Below, piece after piece: positions 20,020-29,505 of a DNA stretch of 41,644 nt. The stretch lies in IMG/VR virus record IMGVR_UViG_2617271072_000007. One strand, 5' to 3'. Made by a program: the position numbers and the translations under genes. This DNA is from a virus. Taxonomy: Duplodnaviria; Heunggongvirae; Uroviricota; Caudoviricetes. The first letter of the stretch is position 1. Every line of letters begins with the position of its first letter. The notes under the pieces were generated by a model that was not told where the DNA came from, did no database searches, and worked only from the letters and a program-made list of their open reading frames with translations.

Positions 20020-21643
20020 CAGGCCTGTCTCCCTAGCAGCTCCCAGATGTTCAGGGCTGAATTCATTGGGGCATAGTTGATCATCACCGAGTCGGCAAAG
20101 TTTGGCGATCGGGTTCCATCAGGCTGTTTATCAATAACGATTTTTCCCACACCATTAATGGAATAGGTCGGCTGCGAAAGCTCGATGATGAGTTTATCTT
20201 TGAGTGCCATGCTACTGCTGATTGAGATGATTTCGTCCGGGTTGTAAGCCATACCTTCAACCACGGCGCGCCAGGTATTCTGAAAAAAGTTTACGTAACC
20301 GCCACCAGCTCTGGGCTTTGGCGTTAGCGAAGAAGTCCTTGTTCAGACGTGCGGCTTGCCCGTTGTCCCCGCGAACAGCTTCATCATCCGGATCAAATAC
20401 CGCGCCACTACCTCGAAACGGTGTGGCAAGTATTGACGGTCGACGCGCAGCGTTACGCAGTTCGTTGATAGCGCGTGCATCGCCGCGAACGCCAGCGCCC
20501 AGCCCGTCCTCGTCAAAGCGAAACTCTTCGAGGTTGTCCTGTTCGCAAAAGCCGAAAACCTTCTCGACGGACTGATAAATGTCGCTGCCCACACCGGACC
20601 ATTCCCGCACATTTTCCAGGAGGAAGCCATGACGGGTGGAAAAGGCATTTTTGTCCCTGCCTTCATCGGCGACATCCATCGCGCCAAGTCGTTTGCCTGT
20701 TGGCTGGATCCCCAGTTTGATATGCGCATCAACGGCAGCCTGTACCCATTCGGATGGAATCAGAACGCCTTCCGCTGATGCGCTGTAGTTCAGATCAAGT
20801 TCCTGTGCTACCACCACCGGATTATCGATTTTCTCGCATTCCCTGCGATACCACTCTTCATCCTTGCGAGGATCATCCCGCCAGTGGAATGTGAATACCG
20901 GTATCTTCCCGCCATGACGCTTCTGAGCGAACGGGTTAGCCATGCCGTTAACTGAACTCAGGTCGATACGGCAACGCGTCGTTTTGTGACAACGCCGCAT
21001 CAATCAGCAGAGGACGCTGAAGGAATGCAGCCTCATCAACCAGATAAAGCGTGGTACGGTCACCACGACCAATATTATCGCCAGCCTCGCCTTTGATAAC
21101 GGCACCAGTTTCAGGAAACTCAACACGCATATATGGCGCGTGCTTCTTCTCGCTCCACGAACCGCGAAACTCTACAGGTAGCGTTTCCACGAACTTGCGC
21201 GCCTTCCAGAACAATGCTTTCGGGTCACCAGTGCTGTCGACGTATTCCTCTTTACGGGAGCCGAAACCGATAACCATTTCTTTGTTGAAGAGACAAAGCG
21301 AGCAGGCCAGTCCGATCGCGGTCCAACTGAGCCCCATTTCACGGGATTTTTCGGTAATACCATTCTCCCGATTGCTCCAGCGTTCCATAATCCAGTGGAT
21401 CCACTCCTCCTGCTTAGGGAAGAGTAAAAACGGAATGGTCACCGGCAGGCCATAATCAATATTACGCGGGTCCGTTGTCATGCCCCAGTCGATGATGAAC
21501 TGAGCCGGATTAGTTCGGTAAAACTGTTTTAGTGCAGGCAATATTTCAGGATTCTGGCGAATGCGCTGTAGGCGTTCCATCCGCCATTCAAAAACCATCT
21601 GGTAATCAGGATGTTTAAAATCGAAGGGGAATGGTAACGGCAT
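20019..21643 (-). CDS. terminase large subunit; frame broken by two 1-nt indels
   Basis: ATPase Walker [10 protein letters not shown] plus C-terminal nuclease domain; three ORFs join at plus T4 (about 20982-20985) and plus A6 (about 20283-20288). Confidence 0.85.
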
Positions 21644-21645
21644 AC

Positions 21646-22218
21646 TTAGCCCATTATTTTTCTATACGCCTCTGCAGCCTGCTCCGGCGTTAAGTTGGTA
21701 ATTTCTGTTCTGACTGGTCCTCCATCAGCGCCAGTCACTTCATTTTTGACGTTGTCTTTAAACGCCTGAACAGAAACATGACGCCCAAGCAACTCAAGGT
21801 TTTTAACCTTATCAGGCCACTTAATCTTTTTAAGGATCCCGACCATTTCTCTGTCATCTCCTCGCCCCTCAAACATTTCAGCGAGGTTAAATCCACTCAG
21901 GTACCGACGCCACGATTCCGGCCACGCAGACAGAGGCTTAATACTTAAATCGTCCTCCAGGATGTCAGCCACATCGAGCCTGTCGATCTCAACCAGTCGC
22001 ATCAGCACATAATTCGCATCAATGCCCAGTTGATCAATACGCTCCTGCTTTAGCTCGTTGATGCGGGCGCGTATCTCTGGTTTACCGTATAGTTCAGCCC
22101 CCGTAACATGTGCTCGCCTGGAGGCGTAGCCTGCGCGAATAGCTGCTTGTGTAGCATTAAGATCGACAAGAAACTCGCGACAAAACACCTCGTGTTTTGC
22201 TTTCAGCTTCTTAGTCAT
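21646..22218 (-). CDS. terminase small subunit
   Basis: 190 aa, N-terminus [27 protein letters not shown]. Confidence 0.8.
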   Translation of the reverse strand: MTKKLKAKHEVFCREFLVDLNATQAAIRAGYASRRAHVTGAELYGKPEIRARINELKQERIDQLGIDANYVLMRLVEIDRLDVADILEDDLSIKPLSAWPESWRRYLSGFNLAEMFEGRGDDREMVGILKKIKWPDKVKNLELLGRHVSVQAFKDNVKNEVTGADGGPVRTEITNLTPEQAAEAYRKIMG

Positions 22219-22279
22219 TTTATTTTCCAGTTATCAGGTCATTATCGAAGCCCCTCCAAGAAGAGCTTCTGTAATGCTA

Positions 22280-22804
22280 TTACCGGGATTGTTCTATTTG
22301 TCGGACACCAGCCAACTGGTTATTCGCCTTCTCGATGGCTGCCAACAATGGGTTAATCCACAGAACAGCCTGGCAATATGTCAACGTTCTGGTGGTAGTG
22401 GCACGATCACCGGCTGAGTCAATGTCCCCGGAATCGGCGTGCAATGCGCTGGCGCGTAAACGGTTCGCGTAGTTGAGCAACCCGACAGCAATATCAACAG
22501 GAACAGGGAAATCACAGTTCTTTTCACGGAGCAGAACCTCACGGTATTTGATGACTGTCTTCTCGTGACCGATGTCGACCAGAGAATTTAATCGGCTTGC
22601 GTTTTCTGCTATCTGGTTAAAACGATTGAAGTTTAATGCCTGATTAGCTATCACTTTCCCTTGATATTCAGCTTCACCTTCCGCTTTATCAGCCCGCAAC
22701 TTTTCTGCCTGATACTTGCTGTGGTAATGGTTTGCAGACCAGACGAGCGCCCCAAAGGCAGAGAAGAAAAATGCCGCGATGACAATCTTATAAGTCAGCT
22801 TCAT
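22280..22804 (-). CDS. Rz-like spanin (inner-membrane component)
   Basis: 174 aa, N-terminal TM helix, overlaps the endolysin stop. Confidence 0.55.
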   Translation of the reverse strand: MKLTYKIVIAAFFFSAFGALVWSANHYHSKYQAEKLRADKAEGEAEYQGKVIANQALNFNRFNQIAENASRLNSLVDIGHEKTVIKYREVLLREKNCDFPVPVDIAVGLLNYANRLRASALHADSGDIDSAGDRATTTRTLTYCQAVLWINPLLAAIEKANNQLAGVRQIEQSR

Positions 22805-23264
22805 TTACCACCCCACCAGCATCTTTAAACCTGGAAATCAGGTCACCGATTTTATGTTCATACTGACCGTAACCTGCACCAGGTAACGACGCCCAGATAT
22901 TGCTGCAACGGTCGATTGCCTGACGAATATCGCCACGGTCAATCATCGGTAAAGCGCCACGCTCTTTAATCTGCTGCAGCGCCACAGCGTCCTGACTTTC
23001 TGGCGAAAAATCTTTCAGGCCAAGCTGCTTGCGGTAGGCATCCCACCAGCGTGAAAGAAGCTGATACCGGCCTGCGGCTGTTGATTTAAGCTTCGGGTTT
23101 AGCGTGACAAGTTTGCGAGGGTGATCGGAGTAATCAGTGAACAACTCACCTCCGACGATAACGTCATAACCGTGATTACGTGTCGGTTGTCGCCCGTTAT
23201 CCGTTCCTTCTGACCATGCCACCATATCCAGGAAAGCTTTACGTTGGGAATTTAGTGTCTGCAT
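22788..23264 (-). CDS. R: endolysin, lambda R-type lytic transglycosylase
   Basis: 158 aa, near-identical by recall to lambda R (QRKAFLDM-AWSEGTDNGRQ ... ALPMIDRGDIRQAIDRCSNIWASLPGAGYGQ). Confidence 0.92.
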   Translation of the reverse strand: MQTLNSQRKAFLDMVAWSEGTDNGRQPTRNHGYDVIVGGELFTDYSDHPRKLVTLNPKLKSTAAGRYQLLSRWWDAYRKQLGLKDFSPESQDAVALQQIKERGALPMIDRGDIRQAIDRCSNIWASLPGAGYGQYEHKIGDLISRFKDAGGVVNEADL

Positions 23265-23267
23265 GAA

Positions 23268-23609
23268 TTACTCCTTAGAGCCACCAAACTTGTTACCGAT
23301 TACTCGCATTGCAGCCCCACGAATAGCATCGACACCGATCAGCCCAACACCACCACCAATGGCAACAGAAAGAGATTTAGGCCATCCAACATACTCAAGA
23401 GCGGATGCAAAGGTCAGCGTCAGAGCACCACAGAGCAAAATCTCAAGCGTTTTTCGTTTCCAGCCGCCGCCACCGCCAAAATAGGCAATGCGCAAGCCAG
23501 CCATAACAATTGACATAACCACTGCGCCCAACGGCGTATCTCCACGCCACCAACTTTGTAAGAGTTCCAGTAAGTCAGGCCAGGAATGAGGAGCATTGTG
23601 CATTTTCAT
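23268..23609 (-). CDS. holin with dual-start MKM motif
   Basis: RBS GGAGGTG before ATGAAAATG; hydrophobic helices; directly upstream of the endolysin. Confidence 0.7.
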   Translation of the reverse strand: MKMHNAPHSWPDLLELLQSWWRGDTPLGAVVMSIVMAGLRIAYFGGGGGWKRKTLEILLCGALTLTFASALEYVGWPKSLSVAIGGGVGLIGVDAIRGAAMRVIGNKFGGSKE

Positions 23610-23710
23610 ACTTCCCACCTCCGCCATTACGGGGTGTTGTTGAAAGGCGGGCCCTGCGTATACGCCCGTAGGATTGGGTTATGAGCCGTCCTTCGGTGGG
23701 CCCTGAATAC

Positions 23711-23735
23711 AAAAAAAGTTCGCCATAGCGAACCT
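23711..23735 (-). terminator. rho-independent terminator upstream of the lysis cassette (tR'-like)
   Basis: Minus-strand hairpin GGTTCGC-TATG-GCGAAC followed by U7. Confidence 0.6.
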
Positions 23736-23960
23736 TGTTAAATTTGTTAAAAAAGGAAGTTATTTAACATAATGTACGTTATAGGAACCACACGATCACC
23801 GCTCGCAATAGATTTGCGATGAAAGGCCTATTTAATCAACTTAAGTGGTCCAGAATAGCAAAATTCGAGTGAATAAAAGGTGCATAAAAAAGGGCAAAAA
23901 CTGCATAGCGTTTTTTCGCGACGAAAACCCTGTTTTATTAACTTTTACTGAGAATAGAGC

Positions 23961-23990
23961 ATTAAAAAAGGCCCCCTTGCGGGAGCCTCT
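23961..23990 (-). terminator. rho-independent terminator after the 113-aa ORF
   Basis: Minus-strand hairpin GGCTCCC-GCAA-GGGGGCC (one mismatch) followed by U6. Confidence 0.5.
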
Positions 23991-24054
23991 TCGTGATGAA
24001 CTGTTTTCAACAGATATCAGGCTAATCGGCTTTTTGGAATTCCACAACTATTTT

Positions 24055-24396
24055 TTATCTTACCTTGATGCCTGATGCCGTCAGATGTTTACGACAGTCC
24101 TGAATACCTTCGTTATAACCCGCATCGTAGAAGCTATCCGGCTTTGCCTTCAGCGCAGGAAGCGTCACGCTGGTAGCTCTTCGTTCGGCCAGAACACCTG
24201 CCTGAAAGAGTGTCCACATCAACTGAACTGCTGAATCACAGTAAGTAACATCTTCACTGTACAATTCTCGTTCAATCCTGATGCCAAGTTGAGCCTTCAT
24301 TGATGCGCCAATATTACCTTTGACCTGCAACGACAGGTCTGGGTACCTCTGTTCCATGAAGCTTTCAAATCTGTTGCGAACGCTGATCAGAGCCAT
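24055..24396 (-). CDS. hypothetical protein between Q and the lysis cassette
   Basis: 113 aa, RBS AAGGGAAC, starts about 30 nt after the Q stop. Confidence 0.5.
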   Translation of the reverse strand: MALISVRNRFESFMEQRYPDLSLQVKGNIGASMKAQLGIRIERELYSEDVTYCDSAVQLMWTLFQAGVLAERRATSVTLPALKAKPDSFYDAGYNEGIQDCRKHLTASGIKVR

Positions 24397-24427
24397 CTGG
24401 TTCCCTTACGTGATTGATTGCTGGATA

Positions 24428-24851
24428 TTATGCCGCCGAGCAGCTCCTACGCAAAGTCCTGATAGCCTGAGGCTTTGACTGAACCGACTGATCCATTTCG
24501 AGCACCACATCCAGCATGGCTAAGCAACCGTCAATAAATCCCTCTGCCGCCTGAAGCCTCTTCAGAACGTGGGTGTGAGATACGCCGAGCTTCTCACCCA
24601 TCGCCCGCACGGGCATGGCCTGGACGTAATGCCACTCAAGGAGCGTGCACAGATACGGATCTTTTTTTCTTCAGGCAGCTCATAGCGGAGTTGATGATAA
24701 GACCGTCATTGTCACTGCATTTCAGCCTTCCAGACTGCGTCGCGGGTAGCAGATTCTTAAACCCGGCTGCAACAGGAGGAAAGTAGACGCTACCACCTTC
24801 ACTCGCTGCCCAGCCCCCCCAGCGCTCTAAAACCTGTTGAATATTACGCAT
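24428..24851 (-). CDS. late-gene antiterminator Q (phage 82 / QuuD-like); frame broken by a 1-nt indel
   Basis: MRNIQQVLERWGGWAA ... KRLQAAEGFIDGCLAMLDVVLEMD; two ORFs join if the A7 run (plus T7 about 24662-24668) is A6. Confidence 0.75.
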
Positions 24852-24980
24852 AGCTCTGACCTCTACGTTTTGCTACGAAAAAAAATTTTCTGAGAACTAC
24901 GTCTGTTTATCCGTGGGTGGGATAACGCAGTTCCGATTCGCTTATTACACGCTGTTATGTGCAAAAAATTCCTTGTTCGG

Positions 24981-25154
24981 CCTGTACCAACCTGTACCCA
25001 CCTGTACCAGCTCTTTTCAAACCTTTTCCCCAAGCGACTTATATATATATATGGGGTTCTTAGTAATTAGGTTGGTACAGATGGTACAGTTGGTACTGGC
25101 CTTTAAATTCAATTAGTTAAAATGTACCAACCTCTATTTTGAGGTTGGTACAGG
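24981..25154. repeat. iteron-type replication origin candidate
   Basis: Three tandem 10-bp repeats CCTGTACC(A/C)(A/C/G), a (TA)n tract near 25040-25052, then at least four more copies of the TGTACCAAC core in both orientations. Confidence 0.6.
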
Positions 25155-27327
25155 TTGGGACACCGCCTCAAAAATTCGAGTCATTTTCCCCCCAATTCGC
25201 CTTTGGGCACGCTTATACCCGCAATTTTGCAAAACATTACTAATTCGCATTTCTTCGCGTTTTCCGATGCGGTCAGGATTTAGCCCAATCGCATCACGCA
25301 AAACATCACTTGCGCGTAAAAATTCGCAATTTCGCGGAAGTTCATTAGTCATCAGGTCTGGCGTGTCGAGCCATTTCTCTACCGTTTCAAGCCAAGCATC
25401 CTTGATGGTGTACTGTTCATGGACACTCGCTGCCAGTTGTTCAGCCTCACGGAACTGGATACCCCCCAGACGCTGAAACACCTCACGAGCCTCAGCCCAA
25501 AGTAAAAGGAGATCTCTTTTTATCGCTTTCACGTCGACTTTCGACACTTCCACGGGGAGCCAGCGACGGTTACCAGTCTTGTCCGCAAGGAATTCGTCCT
25601 CATTGGTGGTACCAACGAACACCAGGCGACGAGGAAACTGGGTGGCGAACTCCCGGTATTTCGGGATCCAGTTTTCGTGAGTACGCGTCACAAACGCTTT
25701 GATTGACTCCAGCTCTTTGGTATTAAGTCCGCGCAGTTCACCAATCTCTGCCACCAGCCGACCACGCATTTTTTCGAGCGAGATCATCGTCTTTTTCGGC
25801 AAAAGAGATTTCAGTAAAAAACGCAGGATCAGGGCTCAGTGCCTCCACTCCGGAAGACTTACCGCAGCCCTGCGGACCAACGAGGATCGGCACCATATCC
25901 GCTTTGATGCCTGGCTCCAGTACTCGCCCCGCCAACGCGGTCCACATGAACATAGACACCGCACGGGTATAAGGCGTGTCGGCGGTACCGAAGTGCGTAT
26001 GGTAGAAACATTCGATGCGCGGCACGCCATCCCACTCCAGTCCGTTCAGCCAGGTGATCGCTGAATCGAATGGTTGTTCATCGGCTGCAAGTAACACCAC
26101 ATCGCGAATAAGTTCACGACCAACAGGTTTAAATCCCCGCTTTTCCATCGTGATGCGCAGGCGCGCATAATCCGCATCGGTGAATGCCCGCCATTGTCCG
26201 GATCCTGCAGGGGCAAACATGATTTCGTCGCGGAACTGGTCAAAGCGAATATCGATGTCCACAAAATCAGGGCGTACTACTGCTTTGGCTGCGTTGCTGA
26301 TGGTTGCCTCGATACGCCCCCATTTATCACGCTCGAAAGCAGGCAGCGGTAAAGGTTCCGCCACTTCGATGCTGGTCAGATCTTCGAAATCGTCGTTGCG
26401 GATCCCGATGGCATTCAGGAAATCTCCGTCATCACGATGCGCGCAACTGGCATGCAGGCATTTAAAATGCCCCTGCTCAAAGCCTGCGGTTCCCGCAGGA
26501 AAATAAACTGTGCTTGTTGGATCGCCTCCGCTACTGTGGCCGTCTTCAAACGGACAGCGGATATATCGTTCACCGTTTGCGCCATCCAGCAGCGTCCAGC
26601 CATTGGCATCAAGATATTCAGCTGTATCATCCGTCGCGCCGGGCGTGAATGCTGAACGGTCGCGCATCTTCGTGTTGCCCGCTTCGGTGGTTACCGACAC
26701 AGGGAGTTGTTCAGCCAGGCGCTGCCACAGCGTTTCAAGCTGCTCACCTGTAATAGCCGGAGGTTCATCCGGCAAACCACCGTCCCATTCAATACGCGCG
26801 CCGCTGCTGTGCGTACCACAGGCAACGAACTGCTGCCCGTTCGCCAGCAACTCGATAATGCCCATATCCCCCGCCAGGCGATGGATACGCTTACGGAAAT
26901 CACCATCAACGGCCAGCAGATACAGACACTTATTACTGTTTGCTCGCCAGCGTCGCGGCGGCGACTCACCCAGAAGTTGCACAAGTGTTTTGCGAATATC
27001 TGCCTGAATGTCTTCATCTTCGCTATCGCAGTCCAGCGCCAGCCAGCCATGGCCTGTACGCACGCAGATGCCATAATCCGGTTCATTCGACCAGCGGGCA
27101 AAATCATGCTCAGTAACAACATGCCCGGTCCATTGAGCAATACCGGTGACCTGGCGGTCCCGGTTATAGCGACTCGGCGTCTTACCCAACGCTTTCAATT
27201 TACTATCAGGGGATATGGTCGCACTGGGGTTACATACAACTGGGAGAAGATGAGCAGTCCGCCCCAATACCAGGTCGAAATGAAACCACTCATCAGGCGT
27301 AGCGCCCCATGGTTTGCTATCGGACAT
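25134..27327 (-). CDS. replication primase-helicase (prim-pol N-terminus, VirE/D5-type NTPase C-terminus); frame broken by a 1-nt indel
   Basis: Walker A GPQGCGKSS, Walker B-like VFVGTTNEDE; ORFs 25738..27327 and 25134..25802 join at plus T5 about 25792-25796. Confidence 0.85.
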
Positions 27328-27330
27328 GGG

Positions 27331-27531
27331 TTACACCTTTTGTCTAGCTGTCACTTCCTGAAAAAGTTTTTCTATCGCACGTACTGTAGAAAAGCGAGGG
27401 TCAGAATGAACCCCGGTAAGAAGCCGACTAATAGAAGACTGCTTCACGCCTGCAATTTCGGCAATTTGGTTTTGGGTATACCCTGAATCAATCAAGCTTT
27501 TGACCATCTCTTGTGGTGTTAGTCCGGACAT
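27331..27531 (-). CDS. cro: Cro-like HTH regulator
   Basis: 66 aa HTH (QNQIAEIAGVKQSSISRL), divergent from the repressor, RBS GGAGA. Confidence 0.75.
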   Translation of the reverse strand: MSGLTPQEMVKSLIDSGYTQNQIAEIAGVKQSSISRLLTGVHSDPRFSTVRAIEKLFQEVTARQKV

Positions 27532-27672
27532 ATTTAAGTCTCCACTTTCGTCTATAGCGCAAATTTATACGAAAACGGATTACTCAGCAATACAGCAATT
27601 CTATGTCATCCTAGATTAAAATATCCGATAACGCATAATCACCGTCCCTGTATACAACATGGATGAATCCAA
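27532..27672. promoter_or_regulatory. OR-type operator region with divergent pR/pRM promoters (not resolved)
   Basis: Intergenic between cro and cI; contains GATAACGCATAATCACCG and TATAGCGCAAATTTATACG, related to motifs at the pL promoter. Confidence 0.5.
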
Positions 27673-28348
27673 ATGATTGATACTACCGATATCCTTTCTC
27701 AAAACATCAAGTACCTGATGGACAAAGCCAAGATAAGCTCGATAACTGAGCTGGCACGTCGGTTACAGCTGAACCAACCAACGCTACACAGGCTGGTATC
27801 AGGAGAGGTGAAAGATCCGAAATACGCAACGTTAAAGCAGATCGCCAACTACTTCCACGTGTCACCAATAGACTTGGCAGAAAGGAGCCTTCAAGAAATG
27901 GAGAAAGAGGACGCGACAGGTATAAAAAACGTATATTTCTCTTAGGTTTAATAAAGTACCTGTTTTGGGAAACACTCAGCTAGGCGTTGGAGGACTTTGG
28001 AGCGACACCCAATATTCAGTAGGTAGCAGTGATGGTTTCATATACTGGCCGACAAAGGATGAAGATGCATACGCCCTGAAATGTGTTGGTGATTCAATGA
28101 TGCCTAGAATCAAAGAGGGGGAGTTCGTAATCGTCGAACCCAACCACGACTACACTCCTGGTGATGAAGTACTTGTGGTTACCCGGGACGGTGAGGTCAT
28201 GGTGAAAACCTTCTTGTTCGAACGCGATGGCCTGTTCCATCTAATGTCTGTAAATGAAGATCATCCACCAGTCAGAGTACCACGCGAAAACATTGAAAAA
28301 ATCCATTACGTGGCGGGGATCGCCAAATCCGCGCTACGTATGTACTAA
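27673..28348 (+). CDS. cI: CI-type repressor (HTH plus S24 LexA-like peptidase); frame broken by a 1-nt indel
   Basis: HTH in 27673..27945, GDSMMP peptidase motif in 27965..28348; frames join at the A6 run about 27924-27929. Confidence 0.85.
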
Positions 28349-28378
28349 CCTTTACAGTCTGATAACTTACTTCTGATC

Positions 28379-28408
28379 AAACCGCTCTCCACAAGGGCGG
28401 TTTTCTTA
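28379..28408 (+). terminator. rho-independent terminator after cI
   Basis: Stem AACCGC(TCT) / (GGG)GCGGTT of about 9 bp followed by TTTTCTTATTT. Confidence 0.7.
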
Positions 28409-28432
28409 TTTGCAAAATAATTCATTTTCGTA

Positions 28433-28483
28433 TTGACACAAAATCCCATAACGCATATAAATACGATATCGCATAATTAATGC
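28433..28483 (+). promoter_or_regulatory. pL-like early-left promoter with overlapping OL-type operators
   Basis: TTGACA (28433-28438), 16-17 nt spacer, TATAAAT; operator-like AACGCATATAAATACG and palindrome CGCATAATTAATGCG overlap it. Confidence 0.65.
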
Positions 28484-28497
28484 GTTTTTTTAATACT

Positions 28498-28509
28498 GGC
28501 TCTTTAACA
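28498..28509 (+). promoter_or_regulatory. boxA-like element (nut-type antitermination signal)
   Basis: GCTCTTTAACAA about 30 nt downstream of the predicted pL start; matches the rrn / lambdoid boxA core; no boxB hairpin identified. Confidence 0.45.
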
Positions 28510-28659
28510 AACTGAACCGCGTGACAGGTAAGCCGCAGTACTCCTGGCAAAACGAAATAGCACCCGATGGGATCGAGGTAAGCGCCGAGTCCGTATGCGT
28601 ACGGTAAGCGTAGAGGACAACACCGCGACAAACTGATAAGTCACGCAAGTTGAAACGCC

Positions 28660-28683
28660 CCGACGATGGGGCGCTTAGTTCCT
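28660..28683 (-). terminator. putative terminator of the 174-aa minus-strand gene
   Basis: Hairpin CGCCCC-GACGAT-GGGGCG; on the minus strand followed by UUUC. Confidence 0.45.
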
Positions 28684-28767
28684 TTTGGGGTGGGGTGAAG
28701 ATCAGTCCATTGAGTCAATCCGAAGTTCAGCATCTACCACTACACCACCACCAAAGAGAACTGCTAA

Positions 28768-29292
28768 TCATCTGGCAGGTTGTAACGGTGCAGGAATTTT
28801 GCCACTGACTTCTATATTTCGGGGAAATTTATATTCAGCGGAGCATTTATGACACTTGAGAATTTTATAAGCGGCATTAGAAGTATGGTATTGAAGTATA
28901 GACTTCATACCCGACTCATAGCATGTAGTACAAAGATAATGAGGCTTGAACTCAGGATCGTCAGTAGGCTTCAGTACATAGACCACCGTATTGGTAATCG
29001 GGTGGTACATTTCATAGTTCATTTTCTCACTATCCCAATCCTGTTTCTTTTCAAGAAGGGATTCGAGTTCAACAATGCGCTGTTTAGCTTCGTTCAAAAG
29101 CTCCGTTAGTGCGAATTGTCCAGTACGCGCATCAATTAGTTTATCAAGTAGATCGATAGTTTTACTTTTAACATTGTAATCCACCTGCAACGCATTAACT
29201 TCTTTTGCTAAATCAACAGCACCTTTCAAAGCACCACCAGCACTAGTGGCCGCCTCAGTTATACGCCGTACAAGTCCTTTTTCTTCAGACAT
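28768..29292 (-). CDS. coiled-coil protein with C-terminal C4 zinc ribbon; immunity-region cargo
   Basis: 174 aa; CTTC-x22-CHKC; transcribed towards the pL promoter, antisense to the early-left operon. Confidence 0.55.
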   Translation of the reverse strand: MSEEKGLVRRITEAATSAGGALKGAVDLAKEVNALQVDYNVKSKTIDLLDKLIDARTGQFALTELLNEAKQRIVELESLLEKKQDWDSEKMNYEMYHPITNTVVYVLKPTDDPEFKPHYLCTTCYESGMKSILQYHTSNAAYKILKCHKCSAEYKFPRNIEVSGKIPAPLQPAR

Positions 29293-29420
29293 CTTAATTC
29301 TCTCTAAAACTATAGGGGTAAAGAGATATTAGCCGAATTCTCGCTGTAGGGGTACAGAGAGAGCCATCTCGTCTGACGTGGTTAAAACTGACATCCATGT
29401 AATTGCTGTGTGTAGCCTTT

Positions 29421-29446
29421 GCCCGCCTCAAGTGACGGGCTTTTTT
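29421..29446 (+). terminator. putative plus-strand terminator (tL-like) before the early-left genes
   Basis: Stem GCCCG / CGGGC with 10-nt loop followed by T6. Confidence 0.4.
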
Positions 29447-29505
29447 ATGTCTGAAAGCGCACTCGCAACAGCGCGCTCCCCGATATGAAAAAAGGAATAC
29501 AACCG

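Noticed and set aside
24981-25010. Tandem 10-bp repeats considered as a CRISPR-like array
   Set aside because: Units are contiguous with no spacers, too short, and no cas genes are present; the pattern fits origin iterons.
27673-28348. HTH and S24 peptidase ORFs considered as a genuinely split two-gene repressor
   Set aside because: The two frames join seamlessly across an A6 run with a plausible linker sequence, matching the indel pattern seen elsewhere.
28469-28490. Palindrome CGCATAATTAATGCG followed by T7 directly after the pL -10, which looks like an intrinsic terminator
   Set aside because: It overlaps the predicted transcription start and shares the CGCATA half-site with other operator copies; a repressor operator is the better explanation.
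28422-28631. 69-aa minus-strand ORF downstream of the 174-aa gene
   Set aside because: It overlaps the pL promoter and operators, has Cys/Tyr/Leu-biased low-complexity sequence and no RBS.
28500-28700. Structured non-coding stretch after a strong promoter considered as a retron msr/msd, tRNA or stand-alone small RNA gene
   Set aside because: No reverse transcriptase gene nearby, no tRNA T-arm or acceptor features, and the strong hairpin at 28665-28682 is better explained as the terminator of the convergent 174-aa gene.
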